The notes under the pieces: generated by a model
Databases searched by the model: none
The model's input: the letters and a program-made list of their open reading frames with translations, nothing else
Told to the model about the DNA's origin: nothing
Position numbers and translations under genes: made by a program
Origin: Candidatus Latescibacterota bacterium
GTDB lineage: Bacteria > Latescibacterota > UBA2968 > UBA8231
Reading direction: 5' to 3'
Assembly (NCBI GenBank): GCA_965215195.1
Contig: CBDCDC010000002.1
Location: 2,016,001 to 2,080,000 of the forward strand
DNA: 64,000 nt
In this document: positions 18,852 to 28,599 of the stretch, in pieces
How the letters are laid out: each line of letters starts with the position of its first letter
Position numbering within the stretch: position 1 is the stretch's first letter

Positions 18852-19619
18852 ATGGAACAAAGTGTCGAGCAGTACGAGCGGGACGGGTATTGCATCGCGG
18901 ATGAGCAGATTGCGCCGGACGATGTGTTGGAAAGGGCCTTGCAGGGGATGGTGGCGGTGCGCGATGGGGTATTTGATATGGGGCTGCCGCCGACCGAGCA
19001 TCCCGGGTACGATCGAGGGGTGTTGTGCAAGATCAACAATCCGCATCGGTCAGATACAGGACTCTATGAATTGGTGACCTGCCCACAAGTGGGGCGCAAG
19101 GTCGCCGAGGTGACAGGTGCCCAGCGGGTGCAGGTGTGGGCGAGCCAGTTGCTGATCAAACCGCCGGGATCCGCGGCCGCGGGACACGTCGGCTGGCACC
19201 AAGACCGGCAGTACTGGCGCATGTGGCAGCAAGACGAAGGGCTTTTTACGGCGTGGATCGCGCTGTGCGATGTGGGGGAGCAGTCGGGGCCGATGCGCTT
19301 TGTGCGCGGGTCGCACCGTTGGGGCTTTTTGAATCAGGGAAATTTCTTCGACAAGGACCAGCACAAGCTGCGCGAGGGCATTGCGCTGCCGGCGGGCGCG
19401 ACTTGGGAGGAAGTGCCGGCGCTGATGCCCTTGGGCGGGCTTAGCGTCCACCACTGCCTGACCTACCACGGCTCCAACGCCAATGTCTCGGATGCGGTGC
19501 GCTGGAGCTTGGCCGTGCATTTGCGCGACGAACGGGCCGTGCCAGTGCCCGGCGACCAGGGCTATTACACCGCGCATTTGGACGATCCCCAGATTTGCCC
19601 GGTGATGTACGAAACCTAG
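18852..19619 (+). CDS. PhyH-family dioxygenase
   Basis: YERDGY, WHQD, GPMRFVRGSH, TYHGS. Confidence 0.9.
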   Translation: MEQSVEQYERDGYCIADEQIAPDDVLERALQGMVAVRDGVFDMGLPPTEHPGYDRGVLCKINNPHRSDTGLYELVTCPQVGRKVAEVTGAQRVQVWASQLLIKPPGSAAAGHVGWHQDRQYWRMWQQDEGLFTAWIALCDVGEQSGPMRFVRGSHRWGFLNQGNFFDKDQHKLREGIALPAGATWEEVPALMPLGGLSVHHCLTYHGSNANVSDAVRWSLAVHLRDERAVPVPGDQGYYTAHLDDPQICPVMYET

Positions 19620-19778
19620 CCGCCAACAAGAGCAATGTCGCGCCTGAAGGTAGGGGGAAGTGCGTCTGATGTGTTCATCGGCGTTTATTGGAATAGTCTG
19701 AATGGCCTCTTTGATCGGGTTGCTCTCCCACCGCAGAGAGGCGTCGCGTTCTATCGGCAAAGGCGAGCGAATAGGGCT

Positions 19779-19955
19779 AAACCCCCGGCGGACCGCGTTG
19801 AGTAGCGGTCAAGCGGCCCTCGGATGGAGCGTTTTTCGAGGGCGAGACGCCCGCGATCCTAGGCGGATGGCGCGTTTTGCGAGGGCGAGACGCCCTCGAT
19901 CCTCGATTGTTTGCTGCACACAAGGGACGATACCCGGAACTTTCAGACCGCTTCT
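19779..19955 (-). mobile_element. MITE-like repeat, family A copy 2 (distal end truncated)
   Basis: Reverse strand begins AGAAGCGGTCTGAAAG and contains two GAGGGCGTCTCGCCCTC-type units. Confidence 0.8.
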
Positions 19956-21132
19956 AAGGCAGGGCCTCGAGAAGGCGATCGATATCCTCGTGGTTGTTGT
20001 ACACCGAGGGTGAGAGGCGCATCTTGTTGCCGAAACGCATCGCCACCTGAACATTGGCACTCCTGCAACTGGCCAAGACCGCTTCGGGGTGTGGAGCTAC
20101 GAAGGAGAGTATGGGGCTTTCGTTCCCCTGCGGCGTGATCGATTTGTACCCCCTCTGCGGCAACTCCTCCTGCAGGCGATCGGTCAGGTCTCTCGCGTGG
20201 TTGCGGATTCTGTCGACTCCGAGGCGCAGGATGTACTGCAGGCTCTCCTGGGCGCACACGACTCCTTCGTACGAGGGGTAACTGACCTCGTAGGCACCGA
20301 CTCCGGTCGGGGATGAAAACGATATCTCCTCTCTGGCCGAATCGGGCTCTTCCACCCAGGGGGGATAGTTGAGTGTCACACCACCCGTGGGCTGAGACGG
20401 TTTGAGTACGTCGAGCTGCAGATCGGAGCGAACGTACAGAAACCCAAACCCTTTGACGCCCATCAGCCACTTGAACGTCGAACAAGCCGCAAAGTCGATG
20501 CCCATCGCCTTGACGTCGATCGGAACACCGCCCGCAGCTTGCATGATATCGACATACAGATACGCGCCGTTGTCGTGAGCCAGCTTGCTCAGCGCCGCGA
20601 CATCTGCGACATACCCATTGACGTTTGACACCAATGCCACCGAGATCAGCCGGGTGTTGCCATCGACCGCGTCTTCCATGGCGGCCATGTCGATTTGCCA
20701 GTTGCGATGTGTCGCCAATACTGGCGACAGACTGCTCTTGACGATCCGCACATCGAGACCTTGCTGCTCGCGAAACTTGTAATTGTATATGCAGGGGTTG
20801 AAATTCAGATCCGACATCACCACATTGCCGCCCGCCAGATGATCCCGCAAGCCGTTGAGAATATTGCTCTCCGATTCCACCGTGCTGCGCGCAAAGGCGA
20901 TTTCTCCGGGATCGGCGTTGATGAGCCGGGCAAATAGGGCCTTGGCCTCGGCTCGCGGCGGTGCCCAGGCCGGCCACCACGGCTCCCCCACTTCGTGCGC
21001 GACCCAATCGACGTACCGGTGCAGGGCCGCCACCGAATGTACACTGATCGGATGCGACGAGGCGTTGTCGAAGTACGCCATGGTCCGCGCGCGCGGGAAG
21101 TCTTCGCGCACTCTCTCGAAAAGATCTGTCAT
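19954..21132 (-). CDS. Aminotransferase class V / cysteine desulfurase-like PLP enzyme
   Basis: YFDNAS, VDIMQAAG, STFKWLMG (PLP lysine), RLSPSVYN. Confidence 0.88.
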   Translation of the reverse strand: MTDLFERVREDFPRARTMAYFDNASSHPISVHSVAALHRYVDWVAHEVGEPWWPAWAPPRAEAKALFARLINADPGEIAFARSTVESESNILNGLRDHLAGGNVVMSDLNFNPCIYNYKFREQQGLDVRIVKSSLSPVLATHRNWQIDMAAMEDAVDGNTRLISVALVSNVNGYVADVAALSKLAHDNGAYLYVDIMQAAGGVPIDVKAMGIDFAACSTFKWLMGVKGFGFLYVRSDLQLDVLKPSQPTGGVTLNYPPWVEEPDSAREEISFSSPTGVGAYEVSYPSYEGVVCAQESLQYILRLGVDRIRNHARDLTDRLQEELPQRGYKSITPQGNESPILSFVAPHPEAVLASCRSANVQVAMRFGNKMRLSPSVYNNHEDIDRLLEALP

Positions 21133-21173
21133 ATCTGGTATCCTCGGTATGAAACCTGCGTTATACTCATAAT

Positions 21174-21342
21174 CTGATGTTACGCATGGGCATCTGGGTA
21201 TCAGATGCTTTGACTCCGCTTCGCTGCGCTCAGCATGACGCGGAGAAGCAGCAAACTAGCATTTGTCATGCTGAGCGTAGCGCTTCACCGCGCCTTTAGG
21301 CGTGACAGCATCCCATACCTAGGGGCCTGTGCCTAACATCAG
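21174..21342. mobile_element. MITE family B with 13-bp TIR and 7-bp target duplication, carrying a REP-like pair
   Basis: CTGATGTTACGCA...TGCCTAACATCAG flanked on both sides by TCATAAT; internal cgctgcgctcagcatgac / gtcatgctgagcgtagcg inverted pair. Confidence 0.82.
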
Positions 21343-21379
21343 TCATAATGTTGTTTTTTATTACCAGCATCTACGGCGG

Positions 21380-21955
21380 CTACAGATCCTTGTACCAAGT
21401 CAGTTGCACCTCGTCTAGGCCCTCGGTACGGTAGGCGTAGAGGTGGACTTGACCGAGCTTGGCACCCATGCGGGCGTAGAAGCGGCAGGCGGGCACGTTG
21501 ATGTTTTGGGTCTCGATCTTGAGCTGGGTGCAGCCCTGCTGCTTGGCGCAGGTCTCGGCGCGTTGAAAGAGCGCCCTGCCCACGCCTCGTCCTTGATATC
21601 CGGGCCGCACGCGGATGTCCCAGAGGCCGGCTAGATCTTCGCGCCCTTCACAGTAGTCTAAGCCCTCTCCGTGAAAGGCGACAATAGCCCCGCCGATGCG
21701 CTCCTGCCCCCTATATGCGGCGAGGACAATCCACCGCGAGAGGTCCCATGTTCTTCGGGTCCAGCGTTCCGGGCCGCCGAAGTGGTCGTAATTTTTGACG
21801 TAGGGAGGATCGACGGGTTCTTCGACCAGCCGGATTCCCCCCAAGCCATTGGCGACGAGTTCGATGCGAAAGCGGCTTTTTACTTCAAGCGCGATGGGCA
21901 CCCGGCCGTATTCGGACAGGACGTCGAGGCTTTCTTTTTCGATGCGAAAATCCAT
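21380..21955 (-). CDS. GNAT acetyltransferase (streptothricin acetyltransferase-like)
   Basis: DIRVRPGYQGRGVGRAL, IETQNINVPACRFY. Confidence 0.85.
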   Translation of the reverse strand: MDFRIEKESLDVLSEYGRVPIALEVKSRFRIELVANGLGGIRLVEEPVDPPYVKNYDHFGGPERWTRRTWDLSRWIVLAAYRGQERIGGAIVAFHGEGLDYCEGREDLAGLWDIRVRPGYQGRGVGRALFQRAETCAKQQGCTQLKIETQNINVPACRFYARMGAKLGQVHLYAYRTEGLDEVQLTWYKDL

Positions 21956-22130
21956 TGGTGAAGCAGTCTCCTTGCGGTGCCCTTGGGCTGGAAGCTGGCC
22001 GACGAACCGCGGCCCAAGACGCCCATGCGACGGACCGCCGAGAGATTTTAAGACAGGTTCCGAGAGAGGACCGCGAAGAAGTTGAGAGTTGATTCCCTGT
22101 CCTACATAGCCGCTTGTGGAGCGGTGAGAA

Positions 22131-23693
22131 TCAGTTCTTCAGTTCAAAGAAAAACAAATTGCCCACGCGATCGGACAGCCGATAACGTTGCGGGGCGAAA
22201 AAGTTCGATATTTGCTTACTCTGCCCTTTCCGACACATGACTAGGCAATCAAACTTTAGATATTTTTCAAACTTCTGAGAATCTTGCGAAATGTTGAAAG
22301 GGGCCCTGACTTGGTCGAAAACGACGACTGCCTCTTTTTCGTCAAAAGCCTGAAGGTCCTTTTTCGACAGTCCAATGGCACCAATACTGCTACAGGCTTC
22401 GATTCTTTCGGCGTTTCTCTCCCAAAAAGTTCTGTTTAGAGAAGGCATCTCATAAACAATATGACTAGTTAGCCACACAAAGACCAATGCCAAAATCCAC
22501 TCTAAAACATTCTTATACTTCCAGTTTCTGACGAAACTTCCGACACCCAAGGCGACGATGAAACTCATGGCGACGTACACAGACGCCAGATTGCGGCTGA
22601 GATATGTCCCTGAGTTTGAAAGAGACCAGATCACAAAAACAAGGATAATCCCCAAAGCATAGGCAGGCACAAGCTGCTGTTTCGGGGACTTTGCAAGCCA
22701 TGACAAACTCGCGGCAAACAGCAAGACGACGGGATAGCCTACATCGTCGAAAATGTTGAGAAGAAATTCCACGCCGCCCTCTCGCGTGATACGATGCCCG
22801 GTTTTGTAGTGATAGACGTTGGCCAGCGTTTCGTTGAGAAAAGAGAACAGGGATTCGGAATACAAATTGATCGAGAACAGGAACGCAGCAGCGAACAAAA
22901 GGTAGGTTTCGATGAGAATGTTAGCCTTGTGACGTTGCTCCCAAGCATTGACGACCATGTAGACAAACACCGGGCCAACGATCATGATCCCCGTCAGCTT
23001 GGCTGATAATGCGGCGGCAGACAAAATTCCCAGTAACGCGGCCGTGCGATGCGTCGGCGTTCTGGCACGGAGACAGAGAAATGCCGCGGTGTTGAAAATC
23101 AAGAACAGCGCAGTCTCGGAGTAAAAGACTCTGAATTGTAAAAAAACAAGCGAGCTGGCCAGTATCAAACTTCCGAACGCAGCCGCGGCTGCGAAGCCAA
23201 ACCGGCTAAACAAGGCCCATATAACCAAACAAAAAGAGCAAACAGCCATAACTCCGAAAGCCAATCTCAGAAAAAAAACATAGTCTTGGATGTTAGGGTC
23301 GTGACGGACGGCGTCCATGCTGACAAAGTGTTCTCGAAGATAGTAGCCGCCTGGGTAATTCCAGCCGGTCTGGTAGTGTTCGCCCCCCATCTGGCTGTTC
23401 ATGTAGTAAAGCCCCAAGGGATAGAGAAATCGCACGAACCATCTATTCGTTTCACCAACGCGGGCAGTGGGGACGGCTTCTTCCCATGGACTTAAAATTC
23501 TCGTTCCGAGAACTAGCGTATGTACTTCGTCAGTGGAGAAGCTATTTATCCCGAGGCTACATAAGTTAAAAATCCATGCCGAAGATACCAGAAAAAACAC
23601 GAACAACACGAAGACGATCACATGGTGTGTATTGACGGCACGTGCGTTTGCCATACTCCTCAATAAGAGATTGAATTTGTGTCTTCTGTTCAT
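22131..23693 (-). CDS. Multi-pass membrane protein, GT-C/ArnT-like glycosyltransferase candidate
   Basis: STDE after first TM, multiple TMs, SAKLTG; last gene of the glycosylation operon; AT-rich. Confidence 0.6.
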   Translation of the reverse strand: MNRRHKFNLLLRSMANARAVNTHHVIVFVLFVFFLVSSAWIFNLCSLGINSFSTDEVHTLVLGTRILSPWEEAVPTARVGETNRWFVRFLYPLGLYYMNSQMGGEHYQTGWNYPGGYYLREHFVSMDAVRHDPNIQDYVFFLRLAFGVMAVCSFCLVIWALFSRFGFAAAAAFGSLILASSLVFLQFRVFYSETALFLIFNTAAFLCLRARTPTHRTAALLGILSAAALSAKLTGIMIVGPVFVYMVVNAWEQRHKANILIETYLLFAAAFLFSINLYSESLFSFLNETLANVYHYKTGHRITREGGVEFLLNIFDDVGYPVVLLFAASLSWLAKSPKQQLVPAYALGIILVFVIWSLSNSGTYLSRNLASVYVAMSFIVALGVGSFVRNWKYKNVLEWILALVFVWLTSHIVYEMPSLNRTFWERNAERIEACSSIGAIGLSKKDLQAFDEKEAVVVFDQVRAPFNISQDSQKFEKYLKFDCLVMCRKGQSKQISNFFAPQRYRLSDRVGNLFFFELKN

Positions 23694-23768
23694 CGTGAGA
23701 TGCCTCCTGTCGAGACCCGTTTCCCAAGATGTGTTCTCCGATACTGCTCGGTTTCCCAGTTGACGAGA

Positions 23769-24374
23769 TCATTCGCCGTAACCGGCTTGTTCCCACAACT
23801 CCGGGTGCTTCGTGCAAACGGCCTCGGGCCGAATTTGACGCTCGGTCAGCCGCCTCGCCAGAGAGGGGATTTCCGCCGCCGGGTCGTGTCCCTGCAATTC
23901 CGGCGAGGCCAAGCAGAGCCTGAAGCCGGCCTCCCCGAGCCGGCGTACGTCGTCACGTGTCAGGGGAAATCGGGTGAAGCAGTCCACCCAGCCCCAGTCG
24001 ACCCATCTGGCCAAGGTCAGGGCCGTTTCGATGGCTTCGAACTCAGAAACGCGCACAGCGCAACGGCGTTCGCCCGCCTCGGCGCATTGCACGAGGGAAG
24101 GGAAGGACTGATCCAAAAAAAAGTAATCCTCAATACCCCTTGCCCGTAGTAGAGCAGTCACGCGCTCCTCCAGACCCTCTTCCTTGACATTGAGGATCAG
24201 GGTTCCGTGTTGGTAGGCGTCGAGCCAGTCCTTGAAATCCTCGCCGTCGACGAAGGGATCGTGATGGAGGATCAGTTTGCCCCCGGTGCTGCGTATATCG
24301 ACTTCGACGCCATACCGCGTCGGAGTCGCCTTGAGCTCTGACAGCGTGTTGCGACGATGAGCGATCAGCTCCAT
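23769..24374 (-). CDS. PLC-like/glycerophosphodiester phosphodiesterase-fold protein
   Basis: IAHRRN, GVEVDIR, LHHDP, LNVKEEG. Confidence 0.75.
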   Translation of the reverse strand: MELIAHRRNTLSELKATPTRYGVEVDIRSTGGKLILHHDPFVDGEDFKDWLDAYQHGTLILNVKEEGLEERVTALLRARGIEDYFFLDQSFPSLVQCAEAGERRCAVRVSEFEAIETALTLARWVDWGWVDCFTRFPLTRDDVRRLGEAGFRLCLASPELQGHDPAAEIPSLARRLTERQIRPEAVCTKHPELWEQAGYGE

Positions 24375-25081
24375 GGCGATTTCAGGGTCCTTTTCAGATG
24401 CAGGCTGAAGGCTACGGTTCTGCGTATGAACTTCCACTTAGCCGTCCAATTGACGTTCCAATGCGAGACGCCGTGGGCGCGCGGGCCGAACTCGACCGGG
24501 AAGCGATGGATGTCGAGGCCCGCGGCATGGGCTTGGTAGTAGGCGTACAGATCGAGCGAAAAGTCGCACGGAGGTGCCTTCCATGTATCAAGGAAGTCGC
24601 GGGAGAACATTGTCGGCTGCGCGTTGATGTCCAGCATCGGTCTGGCGAGCAGAAGCGTTTCAAACACGCTCATGCCTGCCGTGAAGACGACGTCCATCAA
24701 GGGGCGGCCATGGCGGCGACCCTTGACGAAGATGTTCCGGCCGTGCCTCTGAAACAGTTCAAGCCCGCGCAGAGTATCTTGGGGATCGGTCTGCAGATCG
24801 GCATGCGTCCAGCCCAGGATCTCGCCACCGGCCGCGGCGAGGCCGGCCAGAATTCCGGAGCCGTAGCCCCGATTATTCTCGACGCGTACGCTCCGGCAAC
24901 CGGGATACCCCGGCAGCAACGTTCGCAAGATCGCCGCGGTGTCGTCCGTCGATCCATTATCGACCAGCACGACTTCTATGTCGGGCCTGACGGCCAAGCT
25001 GCCACACTTCTCGAGCAGCAGGGGAAGGTTGTCGGCCTCGTTGTAGCACGGGATCACGAGCGACAACTCATGCGGCTTCAT
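24365..25081 (-). CDS. GT2 glycosyltransferase (polyprenol-phosphate glycosyltransferase-like)
   Basis: LVIPCYNE, VDNGSTD, HADLQTDP. Confidence 0.9.
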   Translation of the reverse strand: MKPHELSLVIPCYNEADNLPLLLEKCGSLAVRPDIEVVLVDNGSTDDTAAILRTLLPGYPGCRSVRVENNRGYGSGILAGLAAAGGEILGWTHADLQTDPQDTLRGLELFQRHGRNIFVKGRRHGRPLMDVVFTAGMSVFETLLLARPMLDINAQPTMFSRDFLDTWKAPPCDFSLDLYAYYQAHAAGLDIHRFPVEFGPRAHGVSHWNVNWTAKWKFIRRTVAFSLHLKRTLKSPWS

Positions 25082-25793
25082 GCGCTGCCTCCGACACGAC
25101 GAGAACAAAGCCGCCCATGCCGTAGGTGAAGACGTGTCTCGCCTTGATCCGGCTTTCAGCGACGAACTCGGAAAAAGCACGCCGGACTCCCCGGTCTTCG
25201 CGGCCCCGATAGGAAAAATAGTCATCGAGCATGATGAACGTGCCCTGCTGTATCGCCGGCTTGCAAAATGCCAAGGCCTGACTTGCGCTGACGAACGTGT
25301 CGCTGTCGATAAAGATGATTCGGGCCTTCTCGATTCCTATTTTTTGCGCTCCATGTCTCAGCGATTCGTTGAAGAATCCGGGAATCAATTGAAACGCGAC
25401 GTCACCTGCAACCTTATGAACCCGGCGCTCGACCGCCGACGGGTTAGTTGCGAAATTTTCGTCGGTATAGAAAGGATGCCGGTCCTCTTCCTTCAGGGGG
25501 CCGAAGCCGGCAAACGAATCGAAACCATAGAACGTCGTGCCGGCAATATTCGGGTTGAGCTTGGCGAGACTTTTGTAGCAGCGGATCGAATGGCAAAACG
25601 AACTGCCTGTGAAAACACCGAACTCGAGGTAGTCTCCCTCGATATCCTCCATCGCGGAAAGGTAATGCACTTTCTTGAGAGCATAGTACTTCGCCATATT
25701 GTGTACAACGGCCGGATTCAGGCCCGCGATAAGGGCGGAAGCCCAATCCTGCAAAAATTCCAATTTGAGTAAAAGTCCAAATTTCTTTGCCAT
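25068..25793 (-). CDS. TylF/MycF-family O-methyltransferase
   Basis: GDYLEFGVFTGSS, GFDSFAG, FIDSD, LDDY. Confidence 0.85.
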   Translation of the reverse strand: MAKKFGLLLKLEFLQDWASALIAGLNPAVVHNMAKYYALKKVHYLSAMEDIEGDYLEFGVFTGSSFCHSIRCYKSLAKLNPNIAGTTFYGFDSFAGFGPLKEEDRHPFYTDENFATNPSAVERRVHKVAGDVAFQLIPGFFNESLRHGAQKIGIEKARIIFIDSDTFVSASQALAFCKPAIQQGTFIMLDDYFSYRGREDRGVRRAFSEFVAESRIKARHVFTYGMGGFVLVVSEAAHEAA

Positions 25794-25797
25794 AGCT

Positions 25798-26192
25798 CTA
25801 TACGCTCTTTCTTCTCCGTCCAAAGACCAACCACTTTAATCCGATGAAATTGTTTCCCGCCGCGAACGTCGCCCCGACCAGCCAGCTCATCGTATGATTT
25901 AGCATCGAACCGTTGACGAGCACAGTGATGATCGTGCTCATGCCAAGACCGCCCGCGGCATACACGAGAAGAAAGCGGACGACGCTGGCCACGGTGAAAT
26001 CGAATCTGTGGCCGAAGACCCACGTTCTGCCGAAGTGATAGGAACACAGGAGCCCGAACAGATACCCCACGATGGCAGACGCGAAGACCGGCACCCGGAG
26101 GGACGACAGAAAAAGAAGCCCAGGTAGTTGGCGATATTCGATCCGATCCCAACGAGCAGGAAGCGCAGAACGTCCGTGTCAAGCCGGGTCAT
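25798..26192 (-). pseudogene. gtrA: GtrA-family flippase, frameshifted
   Basis: LRFLLVGIGSN start (ATGA-coupled) continues in another frame as VPVFASAIVGY...RTWVF...KWLVF; break at A5 run 26110-26114. Confidence 0.78.
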
Positions 26193-27862
26193 CGAGCCGC
26201 TCTCACCATTGGTTTGGGCATGACGGCGCGATACGTTTCGATGAGCTTCTCCAGCGCCTTCGCGGGGATTCTGCGGTCGTTCTCCAGACGATAGGGATGA
26301 CCGGGCCATTTATGAAAGCAGGATTGCCAGTATTCAAAAGTGCGGAGGTCGTTCGGCGTTCCCCAGCACATATAGCTGTCGAGCTCGAACATGCGGCAGT
26401 TCAGACCGAGTGCTATGGCGTCGTTGACACATGAGTCGATATGGAATTCGCCGTTGACCCGACCGTTTCGTTCGATCATCCGCTCGACACTGCGCCGGAA
26501 GTCGTCCGCGCGGCGGAATGTGAACGTGCCGGACACGATGGGGTCGGAATCCGGCGACTTGAGCGGCGTTTTGACCGAGATCGTATCTATCCGCTCGTTG
26601 TCGGTCTTGATCCAGCCGAACATGTGCGGATGGCGAGCCGCGTTGGCGTGGCCACGAACCCCCCAGACAATCACGTCCACGTCCTGGTCGTCAGCCAGTC
26701 GCTGAAACGCCGCAACATCGTACAACGCTCCGTGATCGCAGGCACCAAAAGTTATGGGACCCGGGGCCTTACCCAAGGCCTGCTCGAGCGCGTCGAGACC
26801 AATCAGGGCCGTGCATGCCTGCCCCTCGGTGACGTGGGGTATCGTCTTGATGATCGAATTCGGATAAAGGCGTCCGAGTTCCCCGGAGATCGCCCGGGAC
26901 CCGGGCATATCTGCTCGCAGAACAAAAACGTGGTGCTTGGCGGGTGGGAGTGCTCGTACAGCTTGAACTACCATGGGCCTTCCCGACACGGGGATCATCG
27001 GCTTGGCCGTACGGTAGCCTTCACTGACAAACCGCTGGCCAAGCCCCCCCATGGGAAGGATCAAAGAACCTCGGGGCTTGGCGCCGATGCTCGGTTTTTC
27101 TACGAGTCTTCGGAATGCCTTGGACCAGCCTTTGTACTCCGCAACGTCCTCGGGCGTTCCCCATTGCATGAAATGCTGCAATGGATAAACGGCTACCGGC
27201 TCGTTGCTCTCGATCAGGGGCTTGTAAGCCAGACTGACGTAGTATTCTCCGCCCACATTCAGATTCTGCTCCATCACCACCCGGAAGGCATCGCTCATGA
27301 TCTGCCCCGTGGCGAAGTAGTAGGTTCCACTGGAGGCGAACTCTTCCATTCGATCATGGGTATAGGGCTTTTTTTCTTGAATATCCCGAACCCATCCGTC
27401 GATTTCACGCATATAGGCATAATTCGTGTTCCCCAGAGAGTGGGGATGAAAGCCTTTATATGCAGGAATTGCCCCGGTACAAGCCGTTTCCTTGACGAAT
27501 TGCTTGAAGTGGCACCAATCCCAATAGCAGGAGAAGTCACAGTAATTGACCACGACCGGGCGGAGGGGGTCGAGCAAGTGCTCGGCTTGGCGTATTGCAT
27601 GCACCGGGCCGAAGCCATGTGGAGGTATGCCGATGATTCGCCCTGTGGGGCAGAGCTCCCTCAGGATTGACTTCATGCGGTATAGCGGGTCATCGAGGTC
27701 ATTCTGGTTGCAGATGAAGACGATGTCGCTTTCTCCGGGAAACAGGTCGAGAACATGCGCGATGACAGGATTGCCGTTCATTTCGATCAGCGGCTTGGGA
27801 ACGGTATAGCCCGCTCTGCGAAAGCGCTCTCCGCGGCCGGACATGGGAATGACGATCTGCAT
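26189..27862 (-). CDS. Tandem two-domain nucleotidyltransferase (NTP transferase)
   Basis: IVIPMSGRGERF...PKPLI and LILPMGGLGQRF...AKPMI; both domains end in WGTP(E/N)D. Confidence 0.85.
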   Translation of the reverse strand: MQIVIPMSGRGERFRRAGYTVPKPLIEMNGNPVIAHVLDLFPGESDIVFICNQNDLDDPLYRMKSILRELCPTGRIIGIPPHGFGPVHAIRQAEHLLDPLRPVVVNYCDFSCYWDWCHFKQFVKETACTGAIPAYKGFHPHSLGNTNYAYMREIDGWVRDIQEKKPYTHDRMEEFASSGTYYFATGQIMSDAFRVVMEQNLNVGGEYYVSLAYKPLIESNEPVAVYPLQHFMQWGTPEDVAEYKGWSKAFRRLVEKPSIGAKPRGSLILPMGGLGQRFVSEGYRTAKPMIPVSGRPMVVQAVRALPPAKHHVFVLRADMPGSRAISGELGRLYPNSIIKTIPHVTEGQACTALIGLDALEQALGKAPGPITFGACDHGALYDVAAFQRLADDQDVDVIVWGVRGHANAARHPHMFGWIKTDNERIDTISVKTPLKSPDSDPIVSGTFTFRRADDFRRSVERMIERNGRVNGEFHIDSCVNDAIALGLNCRMFELDSYMCWGTPNDLRTFEYWQSCFHKWPGHPYRLENDRRIPAKALEKLIETYRAVMPKPMVRAAR

Positions 27863-27941
27863 GGCTAGTGGTTTGTTCAGTCCCAGGGTAAACCCCCGGC
27901 TGTACCGGGAGGCTCGTCTCGTTTGACGTATACGTGAATAA

Positions 27942-27970
27942 CTGATGTTACGCACGGTGCGTAACGTCAG
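27942..27970. mobile_element. Minimal family-B element (TIR-3 bp-TIR)
   Basis: CTGATGTTACGCA cgg TGCGTAACGTCAG flanked by TGAATAA / TAAATAA. Confidence 0.7.
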
Positions 27971-28459
27971 TAAATAAAGGGGTGGATAGAAAGGAACAGG
28001 AACCGGCCGCCATGGCGGACGACGGTCACGGCGTACAGACGAAGGCCGCACGGGCAACATGCGGCGCGGGGCGGGACGGATCGCCAAACGGCCGCTTGGG
28101 ATCCGTCGCCAGTGCTTGAGCAGCAGGGAATCTAGCGCTTGAGTGCTTGAGCAGAATTTCGAGGGGGGGGGGGGGGTAAACTATTGTTTTTTAATGACTT
28201 ACGTAACATTTTTAGCAGGTCGAGAATCGGTGGTGTATTCGGTGCGCCATGCGCTTTACGATGAGCGTAAAGGACAAACACAACATCTCACGGCCTTGTA
28301 TTCTATGGTCGCCGAGTGAATAAATCAAGGGATATTTGAAATTGCAGTCCCCGGATAAAGAGGCAGAACGGCCCAAAAAATTCAAAGCGACCCACGACCC
28401 CTTATTCGTTCGGTAGTGGATTACACGGGCGGCGGGGACCGACCGGCGGGGGCGCGATG

Positions 28460-28599
28460 TGTGTGTTGATTGACGCGGCACTGAGGGTAGTGCCAGGCAG
28501 CCACAGCGTTTTCAACTTGTCTAGGCTGAGCAACGGACTCACATCCGTAATGGCCGCTCTACCCAGAGCCAGCCATTTCAGGCCGGTCAGGCTCGCCAA
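28460..28599 (-). pseudogene. Internalin-like leucine-rich-repeat fragment
   Basis: LASLTGLKWLAL..AITDVSPLLSLDKLKTLWL..LSAASINTHI; no valid start. Confidence 0.65.

Noticed and set aside
28163-28176. G14 run as a phase-variation tract
   Set aside because: Not within a credible gene or defined promoter; may be a sequencing artefact.
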